DNA of 64,000 nucleotides from Takakia lepidozioides (taxonomy: Eukaryota > Plantae > Bryophyta). Below are positions 12,136 through 26,160 of this stretch, piece after piece. The notes under the pieces were generated by a model. It ran no database searches. It was not told the origin of the DNA and worked only from the letters and a program-made list of their open reading frames with translations. Position numbers and translations under genes: made by a program. The stretch lies in assembly GCA_030704615.1 (NCBI GenBank), contig CM060732.1, positions 57,164,001 through 57,228,000 on the forward strand, given 5' to 3'. The number at the start of each line of letters is the position of its first letter. Position 1 is the first letter of the stretch.

Positions 12136-14143
12136 ATATACATATGTATATATATATATAACCAAACGTGACCCATAGCTACATCACGCTACCCTTACAT
12201 TCATTTATGTATTTACATATAGGCGGAAAGATGATAACGGGGTTGGCAATACAACATAGAAATTAAAATGAGGATGCGCAGTGAAAACATGAATTGCAAG
12301 TTAACTGAACTGTCGGATCCGACAGGGCACGGCAGCATTTAAGTCATCCTCGTGACCAGCGACGGCAGGCCATGCCCTGTGACACGTGCTGTCTTAGGAT
12401 TCTGCCACGTAGTTTCCGTGAAATGCGGCCGGCAGGCGGTATCGGGCTGTAGCTGCGGGCATGCGTACATTGTTGGACTGCTAATCAATCGATCAGTGTA
12501 TCAGTACTTTTAACAGGGGTGATTAGGGCAAACTAAGTTATGTGCTGTTTTGCAACAGTGATGAACGAGTAATGAGGGATAGCCGTAATGCGCCTCAACC
12601 CACGTGGCAGTATTGCCATAATAAAGCTACGGAACTCATGTGAGGGTTTGTTAATATTTGATTGCTGAAGAAAGATGAAGAAGACATTCAAAACATACTA
12701 ACCATAATGAAGATTAGGAAGACAAAATGTTTCTTCAGAAAGAAAGCCCCTGTACTGTGTCTATAACTTAAAGAGTGCAAACCAGAACTTTTCCCGATTT
12801 AGATGATTTCTTTTAATGTGGGATTTGTTGGTGGCCATAGGGCACCAAATCTAGCGGTTAATCTGACTCATCTTTTCACACTTGCAGAGTAAATCATATG
12901 TACATGAAATTTCAAGTGCAAGGGCAAATTGCCGCCAATACCGGATGGCATACTGCATCTTGCTTGGTTTCCAGATTTGTAGATTGCGGGTCTCTTCTCT
13001 CGCTTGCCATGGGCTCCTCGGGACATGGAGTAGTGTGTCCATTAGTTTTTTTGGCTCCTCTATATTAGGCAGACAAATTCCTAGTTCCTACTGCCGAATT
13101 GGATTGCCTGCTGAGCTGATGTCAGAGTTTTCCATGGGTGCTGGTGGATTTTGTGAAGAGGTTGTTATGTGTTGTGATTGTAGTGATGGCATCCCAACAT
13201 CAGGAAGTCCAGAGAATGAAGTATGAGAGTAGAGTGATGAGTGAGAGCTCTGCAACTGCCCGTAGATATTGATTACGCATGGCGCGCCCGCGTCGTGAAC
13301 TATGCACTTGGCGCACGGCTTGGCTGCCGCAGACCAGATTTTCCTTGATGACTTCAAGTAAGTACCCAACTCTGAGACGTACAAGTATACAACCCTAAAC
13401 TGAACATCCAGGAGGTGACAGAGAGATGGGTGTGCACTGTGGCTTCTGTCATCCATATTAACTTGCCCATACGACCCTAGCCGTCAATTGTGGCAATTAA
13501 GCCCGCAGTGCAGCAGACTTGGGCAGTGCAGGCTTCCACGTTCCTCTGCAAGGGAATATGGAGAAATAGGTTTTGTGAGGAATTCAAGACCACACACTTG
13601 GAACTTCCCAGCAAGTGTTGCAGTTTCCATCATTTATATGCGTTCCATGTGATGTACAGGCCCATCATAGGGCCGTAATTTGAGGTTCAATATACATGAC
13701 CTAGATATCCTGTTCAATATGGATCTCTTTATTTAGTATTCTTTTCTTAAGCAAAACAAGGAAGAACAACCCAATATTTTGCCAGTGACTTCACATCCTG
13801 CACAATGCACATAGACCTCAAAAGATTAGGCGTTTCAGGACGCATGGATGCATGCTAGCCCTGCCCTCGTATAGCCCTCATATAGTAATTTCCAATGTAT
13901 TACATTCATCCATACTTTAGATGTTTTCAATAATATAACAATGTTCTTTTCTCCAACCCATGATGTAAGGTCAAAGGACTCCAACCCATGTGTAGTGCCT
14001 ATCTTTAGAGCTTCAACACCCTAGACTGAACCCAGCCCGCCAATGGAACCAGGCACTATACAGATTGGAACTGGGCGAAAAATGTCCACACCCTTGCTCC
14101 TGAACCCTATATCCATAAAGGGCTGGTCATTGAGAGCCCTTAA

Positions 14144-15500
14144 CCCCTAAAGGACAAGGGCCAATTTTTGCCAAGACCTCAAAAACTGGACCATGGCCCT
14201 CTAAAACGTTTATATCTTGAGATTTACTAAGGCCCTGTAAAACTAACCGTTGGAATATACTCTCAACTACCCCACCTACGACCAAAACAATCCCTGTCTA
14301 AATCCAACCAGCAGATCCAAAGAATATAATGTCTAAAGTGGTGCAGGAAAAAAACAAACATGAAGTAACTAGGGAAAAAAAAGTGCTTTTCCTATCGAAT
14401 TTCCCATCTGCGAACTGGTCTGACATGACACTCTCCAGAATCTGGTGCCCTGTCATATAAGACACCTTCCCTGCAAATTTCATCTTTTTCTGACATAATC
14501 TCAGGTGGGCTGCTTTGTATGCTAAAAATGGGGGGTCAAATTTGGGGTTTTCCTTCGGGCAGGAAAAAATGTTTGTTCAGAAAATTGAGGAAAAGTTTTG
14601 AGCCGTTCATTTGGCAATCGCTCCGGTGGGAATGTTGTGGGTGGGTATGGCTTTTCCCCAAAAACATTTCGGGCCAATCTGAGTCTCCTACTAGGTCTTT
14701 TTACCCCCTGCCCATGAGACTTGCAATTGCACCTATGTGGGCCTATAATTTTTGGCCAGTAGCCCTCTCTTGTGGAGGGTTTTAGGGGGTGCCTCATTCT
14801 ACCCATCCCTAAATTGATTAGGCCTCCACCCCTCCCAAGGCATGTCCACCCCCCCAACCCAGGTTCGGGCCACCCCTATGCGGACATGGCTGGAGGTACG
14901 CAACGCGGCCCTCTGCCTGTCCACTTGCGCTGCTTCCCTCACACACAACATTGCATCAATGCGATAATAAAAAATGTCGAAGAAGCATCTCCAGGCAGCT
15001 CTGGAGCTGCACATCAATTGAGTCTCTTCTCGCGCTCTCCTCCCCCCACAACAACAAGTTTGACACCAAAACGCCCGGAGCTACTATCGCCATTGATTCC
15101 AGCTTGGGGGATTAGGCATGGAGATCTCTGAGGCAGGTCGGCTTCGGGTGCCATTTAGGGGGTAAGTGGCGCAATAAAGGGTGTTGATGCGCCACCCTGC
15201 GGGGGGGGGGGGGGGGGGGGGTGTGTGCATGGAATTTCATCCTAACCTGACCCTAGTTGCCACGTCATCCTCAGGGCAGGTTAGATGGTGGAAAGTGACC
15301 TCAAAATCACGAGTGTGGCGGACTCTACGCTCTCCACGTGGAAATTGCCAGGACATATGATCAATTAGGCAATGCCACATCATACCTGACTTGATTTCCA
15401 ATCGAATGAGCCTGGGCCCACATCAGGCTTAATCTCAGGGATAACCAGCCTGTTTTCTAAACCCAACTGACCCAATTTGGGTCGTTTTGACGCTTAGGGG
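14144..15500. mobile_element. piggyBac-like non-autonomous element A (TTAA flanks)
   Basis: TTAA(14140-14143)|CCCCTAA...TTAGGGG|TTAA(15501-15504). Subterminal palindrome GACCCAATTTGGGTC at ~15469-15483; right end is similar to the left end of the 45135 element. Confidence 0.6.
15201..15221. repeat. Poly-G run (~21 nt)
   Basis: Homopolymer inside element A. Confidence 0.9.
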
Positions 15501-16674
15501 TTAACCTTAGCGCAATGTACTGTGCCCTGAACCTGCCAGTGAACTGAATCAACGTGACCATGGCCGTGTCAGGGAGCACGTTGGTGCTTCCCTCCAAGTA
15601 TGGGAATGCAAGAGGGGAAAGTACGAGAATGGGGTTGGGAACGGCGGAGCGGGCGATTCAGGAGTCAAGGGTGTGGCCAGCTACATAATCCAACATGGCC
15701 TGAATCCACCACGTTATCTTTGGCGTTACAAGGAGCCTTTGGGGCTCAAGGGTGTAGGTGCTCTTATGAAAAAGGTTAGAGACATATTGCATCACACAAA
15801 ACTCAATGGATGAATGAAAGATAGCATATTAAACCTTCTTTGAGGCAACATGTAAATTTTATCATGATTGTACTTATTAAATATATGACTAGCATTTTGA
15901 ATAGCTTTGGAAATGCCATATACGAACTAACAAGTTCATAGTAAGGATCAAGTTGCAAAGTACAAAAATGTGAGTTTCCGCATCTGTTGGAGTCCTTAGA
16001 TCATAGGACGTTGGAGAAGAGGACAGTGGTATTATTATTGATAACTGAAGTATGAGGATAGAAAAATGTGACGTATTGAAAATTACTACCATAGAGGTCG
16101 TTCTATTCCAACTTTAAGTAATTCATTTAAAGAGATAATGAATATTTTAAAATTTTGCCCGGGAGTAAATAAAAGAGGGGATAATTTTCATTTTAAAAAT
16201 TGAACTTTGGGAATATAGTAGTGAATGCTAGTACTAACTACTTACTAACTACTAAAGTTTTACTTACTAATGAAATTTAATGAAAAGTACCCAGGGTGCC
16301 GAATCCCAGAAAAATCGGATGAAGCTTAGTTGAAAAAAATTAATATTATCATTCAGCCTGCCGAACCTGGCGACCTGCCTGTATTTAATGATTCCGACAG
16401 GGGTCCGTCGAAATAGACTGGCCTCTACGGTATACAAGGTAAAGGCTAGCATGCATCCATGCGTCGTGTTTTAAACCCTTGCACGATCTAATACCAAAAA
16501 TCAACTTCGCATCGATGGCATACAAACAGGCGGTGTGAGCACAAATTAAACTTTGCTGAAAAAATATGAATATTTTACCTTCATTTTAGTACCTATAACT
16601 TAGGTTTGATATATTGTGGTATTGCTAGCTTTAAGCTTCAAAATATTTTGACATTCAGTGTATGATATCAACAA

Positions 16675-16760
16675 CTGGTAGCTCAGCTAATAGTGCACAA
16701 TGTGTTACCCCAGTGGTTTGATACTCAAATCCTGCTACTTTGTCATGTATAGTATGGTTT
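16675..16760 (+). mobile_element. Degenerate head of the tRNA-derived SINE family
   Basis: CTGGTAGCTCAGCTAATAGTGCACAATGTGT...GTGGTT...TCAAATCCTGCT aligns with the SINE head at 2238-2170. Confidence 0.65.
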
Positions 16761-16917
16761 TGTGATCGGCAGCATTTTATTGAAGACATTTTCAATTAAG
16801 CACGACTGGCATCCTGGCCCACTTTTTAGAACCCATGTGGGCCTTGTATGATAAGCAAACTCGAAACTTGCGGGTGCATTGTGAGTGTTGCATAAATTTA
16901 GAGCGAATGAAGGATTA

Positions 16918-17310
16918 GAGCATCTCCACGGTGAGCACGGCCCGTCAAATGTTATAGGGGCGATGGTATTTTTTACAAGGACTGGTTGGTTGACACTCCA
17001 CGGTTGGGATGGTACAAGACCCAGCAGAGATAGCCCCGAGGCAGGCCCGCCGCTCGATCACAATCTTAGCGCGTTGACCGAGGACATCATATCTCATTAA
17101 CTCAGAAATAACTCACAAATCTAATGTACCGTGGTTGGGAGGGTCTCGGTATGATTGGCAAAACTGCCGGGCGGGAAACAGATTTAAGGTAGGGCCGGCA
17201 GCAAGTCTACCGGGATGAGCCAATCGTGGAGCAAGCTGCACTACTTTTTTGGACCCCGCGCCGGTAGATTGCCGTTTTGGGGCAAGTGACGTGGCACCGT
17301 GGAGATGCTC
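16918..17310. mobile_element. Tourist-type MITE (PIF/Harbinger), 393 bp
   Basis: Perfect 16-bp TIR GAGCATCTCCACGGTG (16918-16933 / 17295-17310) with TTA on both sides (16915-16917, 17311-17313). Confidence 0.92.
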
Positions 17311-17689
17311 TTAGAAGAGGAGACATGAAAGGCAAAGAATCCATCACTAATATAGATATCACATGTGAATACTATGGACAAAATGTCCAAATTTTGACTA
17401 ACAAAATTGCAGCACATAAACAAAATGTACTACGTGGGGTATTCGAACCCCGGTCTATTGGGGCTTGCCCATTGCAACACAAAATACACACCACAAATCA
17501 GCAACATCCAACCAAGCCCAATTGCTTAGTAGTTAGTACTAAGTTAGTACTCCCAACAGGCTAGACATCACAAGTGTGGTCTTTGAAATGGTCTGTCATC
17601 GTGACTGCCAACAAAATTCTACCTAACACACATATGTTTATCTACTAGTATCACCCACAAACAGCTAAACTGTTGCGCCTCTGCGGATT

Positions 17690-20040
17690 TTGGTCTCCCT
17701 CCAACCTGCACTGACATCATGATATGGGAATGTCTCAGCATTGAAGAAATCTTGTGCAACATGCGAACAGTGTATTCAAGTGGCCAACCAAGCAATTTCG
17801 CAACTTCGACTTCATAAATGCCAAAGTGTTAAAAGTACGTTCGTCTTCCACACTTCCCAGCACCTAAACTATTGCAATCTCAACAAGTCAATGTACTCAC
17901 TCAAGCGTTGAACAAGGAGGCCATTTGTTAAAAGTTGTTGCCAAAGCTTTGTCACATGGTTCATGTCAAATGGCTCACCCATGGCATTTTGAGCATTCGT
18001 TTTCATTGTCAACTTGATTAGGGATATCTGCAAATCAAGCAAGTTGTCATCGAGAGACTCTTGGATCCATTGATCAGTTGATGTTGCCTTCTTTGGGGTA
18101 CAATAGGCTTGTTTGAGGACTGCCATATGGCTAGGGAAGGCATCATTATAATCTACCTGCACCAATAGACCACACCAAAAGCATTCATGACTTCACAAGT
18201 AACCACCTCTCAAGTTCAGAAAGGCACAGCAGATCAGCTGCAACAGTACATTGGGCTTTTACTCGAGCTACATGGTTAGCAAAATCTACTCTATTCACTG
18301 TATAAGGTTGCCCAGTCAGTGGTGACATGTTGTGGGTCACATAAGATTGCCCCATGATCTTGAAAGCTAAAGTTTCATGACCGGCATTGAGGTCAGTCAC
18401 CCAATCATGTGTGATCTTGCAACTTGTATTTGAAACTCTACATCTCTGAACTCTGGAAAGTGATCAGCCTTGAACGTCGTGGTGGGATCAAAATACATTG
18501 TATATAATTCCGCTTGGCATATCTTGACAACAAGATCACATAGAAAGACATCTCTCGCAACCTTGATAAGCATGTTGACAGACTCCAACAATGATAGTAG
18601 ACAAGGCAGACTTAGGAAGGTTTCCAAATAACATAACAGAGCCAAGTTCACCTTTGCAGCCCCAACTGAACCACTATCAAGAGCCATTTTGATAATGAGT
18701 GTTTTGTACTTTGCTACCACTCTTTTCAGGGGCTCCAACATACTGATCCATTGTGTTTTCACATTACACAAGATCTTTAGTCTCTCTCTTTTCACAATCT
18801 TTGCAAGTGTAGTAAATTCAAGATGACGTTTGGGAGAGGCAAAAAAGTACCCATAAAAAGCTTGCAAGAGCTAGACTTCCAACTTACAGACCATACCCAC
18901 ATTAGATAAAGCCTAAACCGTCAAGTCTATTTGATGTGGCATACAATGAATGCCTATCATATATGGTGCATGTTGCTCTTTGAGTCGAACTGTACCTACT
19001 GTCCAAATGCCTTGAAAAACAGAGACCCTATCAGCACCCATGCACACCCAATCGCTCGCCAACCTGGTGCTTTGACAACCCACTGAAATTCATGAGCGCA
19101 CCCATCACCATCCACTTCAAGTTGTCAGCATTGTCTCCTTCCACAACACGCTTAAGTGTCAATAGAATAGGGATCCGCCTCCACTTTTGCACAACATATA
19201 TATATGGACAGACAACCAACTTTTATTGTCAATGGTGGTAACTTCATCTATAGAGATGATATAGAATTTTGATGCTAGAACAGCTTCCGCAATGGCTTTC
19301 AACACAATTTGATGCATGACATCTGCCATCTCCCAACCAGAAGAGCCTAACCAATGTTTGATAGGATTATGAGGAAGAAGCTGAACATACTGTGCAGTGT
19401 GCATGGCTTCATAGTTGGTCATGGGGCGACATTGAGCAAGCTGGTGGAAAATTAGGGCAAACTGAACGAGTTTCTGTTTCCTCTAAAAACTATGTTATTA
19501 GCTACTTGTTCAGCAACTGTATCACGACCAGCTGAAACAAAAAGCCTCTTATTCTGACGTGTGTGTTAGAGCTTAAGAAGTAATAATGCCCTACTACCAC
19601 TCCCGGCATTGCAACTAGAGCGCGACCTCCAACATGTTTCCACAAGCTGTCAAGTTTTGGAACAAGCAACTTGTCTTTCCCCTCAATCCTAGTATAGGCT
19701 TTTGTAGCGAACTTGAGTGCCCCTCCCATCTGCACCAACAATAGACTTGGCCAAAGGAAGTTTGGTGGCCCAGTTATCTTGAAAATGTCTATTAAAGTCA
19801 TAAACTTTTTGATGTTTATTAGAAATCTCCTTAGAAGCCTCTACCATAGTAGGATCAATAACCACACATTTTGGCTCCAGATTGCTGGTTGAAGCGCTCG
19901 ATGAAACATCGACCGCGGGGGCGCAAGAACTCTATTTTTGAAAAGAACTTGTACTTGAAACTTTGGGAGGAGCCATGACCAACAAAACTGAACCCTCAAA
20001 GCTGCCAAAGCTACAAACCCTAACAACTTACGAGACATAA
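17690..20040 (-). mobile_element. Degenerate hAT (ZNF862-like) transposase
   Basis: Frameshifted fragments IEGKDKLLVPKLDSLWKH, ISIDEVTTIDNKSWLSVHIY, YGYFFASPKRHLEF...NVKTQWISMLEPLKRV and C-terminal VLGSVEDERTFNTLAFMKSKLRN (hAT dimerisation-like). Confidence 0.85.
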
Positions 20041-21956
20041 GTGAGTGTAAAGATGGTTGAGGATCTTCCTTGTTTCTACCAATGTATATTGTTCAAGGTG
20101 TTTCGCAACGGTTCATGGTGGTGGCTGCCTCCGCCATAGCCATATCACGAGCAAGATACTGCATCAACTATCACCAGCTACATTTTAACATGTAAAATCG
20201 ACGTTTCATGAGCTCTAGCCTCCAGCCTCCACGACAATTGATTCCCATGCCGTCTCCGCGATCTCCACCAACTCAAGCATATGATAGTATCTATAGTACA
20301 CAAATGAGCTCAATACTATTTGTGCACCATCAATATGCAATCTAACCTGCATGAGCTGCGATATCCTCAAAGCCAAAACTAATGTGCCTCAAATCAAAAA
20401 CTAATGGTAGAACTAGAGAGTGGGCTATAGAGTTGGCTATAGTGGATGTGGGTTGATGTGGCGAAAATCATAATGATGGGCCTACAGATGGCTCCTCCCC
20501 TCCCTTAGCCACAGTGAGTAGGGCGAATCCACCTTTTGGAGAGTCCGTATCTGGCCCCTCGATTGCATGCCTTCTATATGTTTGCCCTCCCCTTGGATGC
20601 ACGTAGGCGAAAGACGCATGCAGGTTTAGCCGGATTTGACGAGTTAGACTTAATTTTCATGTTTTTTTTTTCCTGTATTAGCACATTTGGATGGAACATC
20701 AATGCGGTTGCTCTGATCAGTGGCATGGGCGCTTACAAACGCTCTCTGACGATGTCCTCAAGAAGAAGGAAATCATACGGACGCCCACAAGTGACTGGTC
20801 GCAAAGAAGGCCGATTACAGAACATATTGACTAGGTTAACCCAGCCAGACCTTCGAGCTTGCGGGTTCTCATGGCAGATAGCGTATATCGAGAACCGGTC
20901 AATCGTGGTGCGTCGATTAATTTTGTTAGGTGTTGTTCTATTTCGGTGGGGATTATTTTGTTTTGGAATCAAACAGTATACATTGATAGGCTGATAAAAA
21001 GAATGGTCTTAATAAAGATGATGGTCTTTATATTGATGGTTTCAAAGGTTTGCACGTGTCTGTTCTCTGCGCTACCAAACTATGTTTTTGCTCCACTTGT
21101 AATCTTTAGATTCTACGTGTGTCCTGTAGTGCTTTGGCCAACAATTTGACCCCTTTGAGTTGGAATGAAAGTCCGTGTTTTTTATGAAGTTCATCCAATA
21201 TCTAATGTTGCAACAAGATCCCCTGAATGTATGGAATCTCCATTCATTTGCTGTCCATTTTCATTCAGAACCTCTATAGTATTTGTGTATCTTGTTGTCA
21301 CTTTTTTTTACCGTTTCACGTTAGTAGATGTTGAGCTAGAGTTTTTTTGCGTTAGATTTCTGGAGTTTTTTCGTAAAGCTTAGATTATTTCCACCCATCC
21401 ATGACAAATCTTTGCCTCTCCTTCTCCAGTAATCTGTCCATTCAATAATCTTATTTGTGTAGTCAAATAAAAAAATGGCTATGTTCGATATTGAAAATTT
21501 TGCCTGTTGGATCAGTTCTTTTGCGAAGGATACACATTTGTAATTTCCGGTTTTCCCAAGTAGGGGGATTTCGAAATGCCTACAAAAACTACTTCCTCAT
21601 GCTCCAAAAGAACATTCCATAAGGTGCTATGGAAGTTAGAACTGTATGGCAAGCGTTTCCATGTGTTGTCGAACTTTAGGGCATGTTGATCATTCCATGT
21701 AGAACTGTCGTATATTGCATCCATTATGTCTTCGATTGGTAAATTCTCATTTGTAATAGTATCTTTGGTGTCAATTTCCAACGTTGACATGGTTGTATGA
21801 ATATATACTGCTATCTGAACAACTTTGGAACATCATGAGTGTGATGCAAGTGGCCAGTGTGCAAGTGAACTATTAACTTAGCAGTTGCAGATACAAATAC
21901 CCGCTATCAAATAACTACGCAGGGATTGGAACAACATAATTATAGACACATGACAA

Positions 21957-23159
21957 GCCCTCATGTCTACCAAAAGCCAGAGGATGAAAGTCACAACCAC
22001 CATTTCAATAAAAGCTGTGTTGATGAGCGACAAAAACCATGTGGGGATGGAAACAGTGCTCTTCCGGACAAGAGACACAAACCAAAATAGATGTGAAACA
22101 TGGCTGTGAGTGGGATTGTACCACCAGGGGCAAGAGACTGACATGCCAAGTGGAGGGGCAGGGAGAGAAATAGAGCTCTACTCAAAACTTAGGAACTACA
22201 TCGGGCCCTCCTCATGATGTGTGAGCTCTCTCTGCTCTCTACTGTATGCAGTATACGCTGATTGGCGCCAACCCACCAACATAGTAATATACAAGCAGAC
22301 GCAAGACTGTGGGAATTATACAGACTATTCAACTCGAAACTCGTGCACATCCACATGTGCCCCCAAAGCAAAAAACCTGTACGAAGAGGTGGAAAAAACC
22401 TGGTAAGGTGGTACCGCTCAAATTTGATAGCTGCCTTGGGCAGTAATTCTCCTCCAGCAGATTTCTATCAGTTCACAAGACATAAACTTGTTTGCTGGCT
22501 GTGTTGAGAAAACCATACTTTAACCCACAATTAAGGTGTCTCTACTCAATCATCAAGCCAAGTGCACTGTGTCTTTCATACAATAGACAGATTGGCTGTA
22601 AGAAATAGCTTTTGTAGGGCTCAAATCCTAGTTAGAGGTCAAGTCTTGGCCAACCGGTCTCACTAAGGGCATTAATCTAGCCTGTGAAACTTAATAGTCA
22701 GCTCTATGAGACTCGAGTCTCTGCCCATGGTTGGTAAAACACTCCTGGACTTTGCCCTCACGTCTACTAAGAGCCAGAGGATGAAAGTCACAACCACCCT
22801 TTCAATAAAAGCTGTGTTGATGAGCGACAAAAACCATGTGGGGATGGAAACAGTGCTCTTACGGACAAGAGAGACAAACCAAAACAGATGTGAAACATGG
22901 CTGAGTGGGATTGTACGAACAGGGGCAAGAGATAAACATGCCAAGTGGAGGGGCAGGGAGAGAAATAGAGCTCTACTCAAAACTTAGGAGCTACATCGGA
23001 CCCCCCTCCTGATGTGTGAGCTCTCTCTGCTGTCTACTGTGTGCAGTATACACTGATTGGCGCCAACCCACCAACATAGTAGAATACAAGAAGACGCAAG
23101 ACTGTGGGAATTATACAGACTATTCAAAACTTGTGCACATCCACATGTGCCGCCAAAGC
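21957..23159. repeat. Two ~410-bp direct repeats (21957-22369, 22754-23159) with a ~385-bp spacer
   Basis: Near-identical blocks; the ORF track shows the duplicated peptide MSRALFLSLPLHLAC. Confidence 0.9.
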
Positions 23160-23271
23160 GCTCTGGTGTAACATGCAATCACAAACCCTAACCTTCAGAG
23201 TTTAAAGACAGGAATTTAAATGCCCTCAAAGACACAATTCCTCATACTTAATGCCCAGAACACACACTTAT

Positions 23272-24262
23272 TCATCTCTCCATAGGGACTAGAAGCGACA
23301 CCCGGAGGTTCTTGATGACACGGAAGGCGTCCCAGGGGCCGTGCCGAATTCTCATCACCATGCAACCAAAGTGCTCCACTGCCGGAGTGAGTCCATGATC
23401 TTGACTCAGGGAATCAAAGTAGTGTCTGCCTTCATCCACTACGCCCGCGTGGCTACAAGCAGAAAGAACACATATAAAGGTGATACTGTTTGGCTTCAAG
23501 CCTTCCTTTTGCACTCCTTCAAACAGTTGCAAGGCCTCTCTAAGCCATGCTAGGCATATCCTGCGACCATTGCACGCCATTTCGTTCAGCCATACTCTCG
23601 AACACTTCCTTTGCATCATTGATGCTCCCACATTTTGCATACATGTCCACAAGGGCATTGTCTAGAATGACATTTGATACAATTCCAGCTTTCATGATGT
23701 CAGCATGGACCTCTTTGCCCTTCCAGGGCTGCAAGGCTGGCACAGGCATTGCAAATGAGATGAACGTGATCTGGTTGGGCTTGACCCCTTCCCAATGCCT
23801 CCATCCCACATCCATGCTAGGCAAACCCTGCGATCATCACATTCCAAGAGACTAAATTCCGTTCAGCCATACTGTTGAACACTGCCTTTGCGTCCTTCAT
23901 GCTCGCACACTTGGCATACATGTCCACCAGAGTAGTGTCCAGAATGATAGTTGGCACGATTCCAGCTTTCAATGGCAGCATGGACCTCTCTGCCCTTTTC
24001 CAAGGCTGCCAGGCTGGCACATGCCTTGAGAGCACAAATGAAAGTGACCTGGTGTCGGGATTCACCCCCTCTTGCACCATTTGCACATAGGTCTCCAAAG
24101 CCTCCAACCCACACACATGCTGGGCATATCCTGCAATTGTCGCACTCCAGGAGAGACATCACGTTCAGCCATCTTGTCAAACACTCTTTTTGCATCCTCA
24201 AGGCTCCCGCATTTAGCATACATATTGATGAGGGCAGGTTCCAGAATGATATTTGGCATGGA
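23272..24262 (-). pseudogene. PLS-class PPR pseudogene with a fused DYW fragment
   Basis: Repeated LVDMYAKCGS/ALEKGREVHA motifs split over all three frames; LSACSHAGVVDEGRHYF...EHFGCMV is followed at once by RVIKNLRV. Confidence 0.9.
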
Positions 24263-25399
24263 CGTTGCAACGGACCAAAGCTGCCGCGAACCCTTGTCTT
24301 CCAGACTGCCGCGTGTGACCTCTCTTCTACTGCAACTCAGTCCTATAATAACAATTGTTTGCTGAGCTTCTCTTCTATAAACCTAGAGTCAGATGATGCT
24401 GTTGTACAGGTAAGGACCATGGCTGGTAATAAGAAAGACATGAAAGCTGATAAAGGTATCTGAGATAGTGTGTCTACATGTGTCTGAGATTTGGACCACT
24501 TCTGGTCCCTAATAATTACATACAACCCTGTCTAAACTAGGTTTGATTGATGTGTGCCATGGTATCCCCGGCTACTACAAACTCGCTGATATCATTTAAC
24601 CCTTCAAACTCCATCTAAACAAACTGACTCTTGCCCTCCTGAAATGTCAAGAACCTCTCTACTCTCTACTGCCTGCTTCATTTTGGGGGTTACCCAGCAC
24701 TAATAGCAATCACTTGATTTAGAAATGCCTGGCGAATCTGAGCTCAACTTAAGTTGGGACTCCGGACAAAGAGAGTGACCAATTTGAAAAGCTTGCAGCA
24801 GAATAAGTGGCCAGTTGTATACTGTTGCACAACACTCTCCAGCCACTCCCAAAGAAAGTCAACCTCCAAGTACCCAGTACTTTCCTCAATCTTTTGGAAT
24901 CTGTCAATATATCCTCTGCAATAAAGTTCGGGACTGTTTAGGTACATGTTGGTCATTGCCATGATTTGTAAGTACAATACTGCCCGTTGCGTGATGCAAA
25001 TTGTTTCTTCCTTTGCCAAGGAAATAATGTCGTATGACTGTCCCTCCCTCAAGTTTCCAGCACCACACTGTGTCTCATGCTCGTGTTGTTTAACCTGTAA
25101 TCCCAAACGAAAAAACCGCTTCTTAGAAGTGGTGAAAGCGGTTGATACTCCTTTCATCAACTGCTTGCCTAACAATCTTCAACATAAACCTGGTGGCAGT
25201 GCGGCAGTCAACACAAACCTGAAGGTTACCAATGATGCAGATAGGTGTCCAAGGGGATGTGCTTGTTAGCCGAAAAAAGCGACCAACTGTTGCATGTGTC
25301 ATTCATGTACTGGCCTCCTTCATCTACCCAGACAACCTCTTCAGCTCAACGCCAACATCCTCTATTTGTGAATGCCATTCACCCTCCACAATCAATGTT

Positions 25400-26160
25400 T
25401 GCACTCAGTCATGAACCTCAGAGCAGCTGCACCCTAGCTCCTTCCCACTACCTCTTTGCTCCATCATTTTTCTCACCGCCTGCTGCAGCATAGATGTTCG
25501 AGAGCAGCACAAAAGCTGCAGCATCCTATGGATCACTCTTCAGAATGCTTTTTACCGCACGTTCTGCAACCTCCACATCACCATGAATTTTGCAGGCACC
25601 AAGCAAGGCCATCCACACTACAGAACCTGGTTTGATTGGCATTTTGTTAATGAACTCTCTGCCTCACCCACCCGGTCTGCCCGGCCGAGAAGGTCCACCA
25701 TGCAGCCAAAATGCTCAACTGCAGGAGTAAGGCCATGATTGTGACTCATTGACTCAAAGTAGTGACGGCCTTCATCCACTAGGCCCATATGGCTACATGC
25801 CGAGAGTAAGCATATGAAGGTGATACTGTTCGGCTTCAAGCCTTCCTGTTGCATCTCCTCAAATAGTCGCACAGCCTCCCTAACATAGCCATGCTGGGCA
25901 CAACCTGCGATCATTGCACTCCATGAGATCACATCCCGTTCAGCCATACTACAAAACACTTGAGACGCAATCTTCATGCTACCACATTTGGCATACATGT
26001 CAATAAGGGCAGTCTCCAGAATGATATAATCTGTTGCAACTCCAGTTTCGCTGATGGTAGCATGGACCTCTTTACCTGTTTCCAGGGCACCCAGGCTTTG
26101 TACACGGATTGAGAACACAATTGAACGTGACCTTGTCTAGCATCAGCCTTTCCCCCATAA
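25400..26160 (-). pseudogene. PPR pseudogene fragment (L-S-P2-L2-S2-E)
   Basis: ORF 25618-26118 has PLS motifs; frameshift before the E domain (WMALLGACKIHGDVEVAERA); 5' part missing. Confidence 0.88.

Larger units (their letters stand above)
13839..16465. mobile_element. Putative non-autonomous TIR element (22-bp perfect inverted repeat) hosting a nested insertion
   Basis: GACGCATGGATGCATGCTAGCC at 13839-13860 and its exact reverse complement at 16444-16465, extending imperfectly ~13 bp inward; no TSD found. Confidence 0.55.

Noticed and set aside
17430-17530. Another SINE or tRNA head (GGTTCGAATACC on the minus strand)
   Set aside because: No convincing A box or tail.
20700-21800. Broken ORFs possibly from a transposon gene
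   Set aside because: No motif I can assign to a family.
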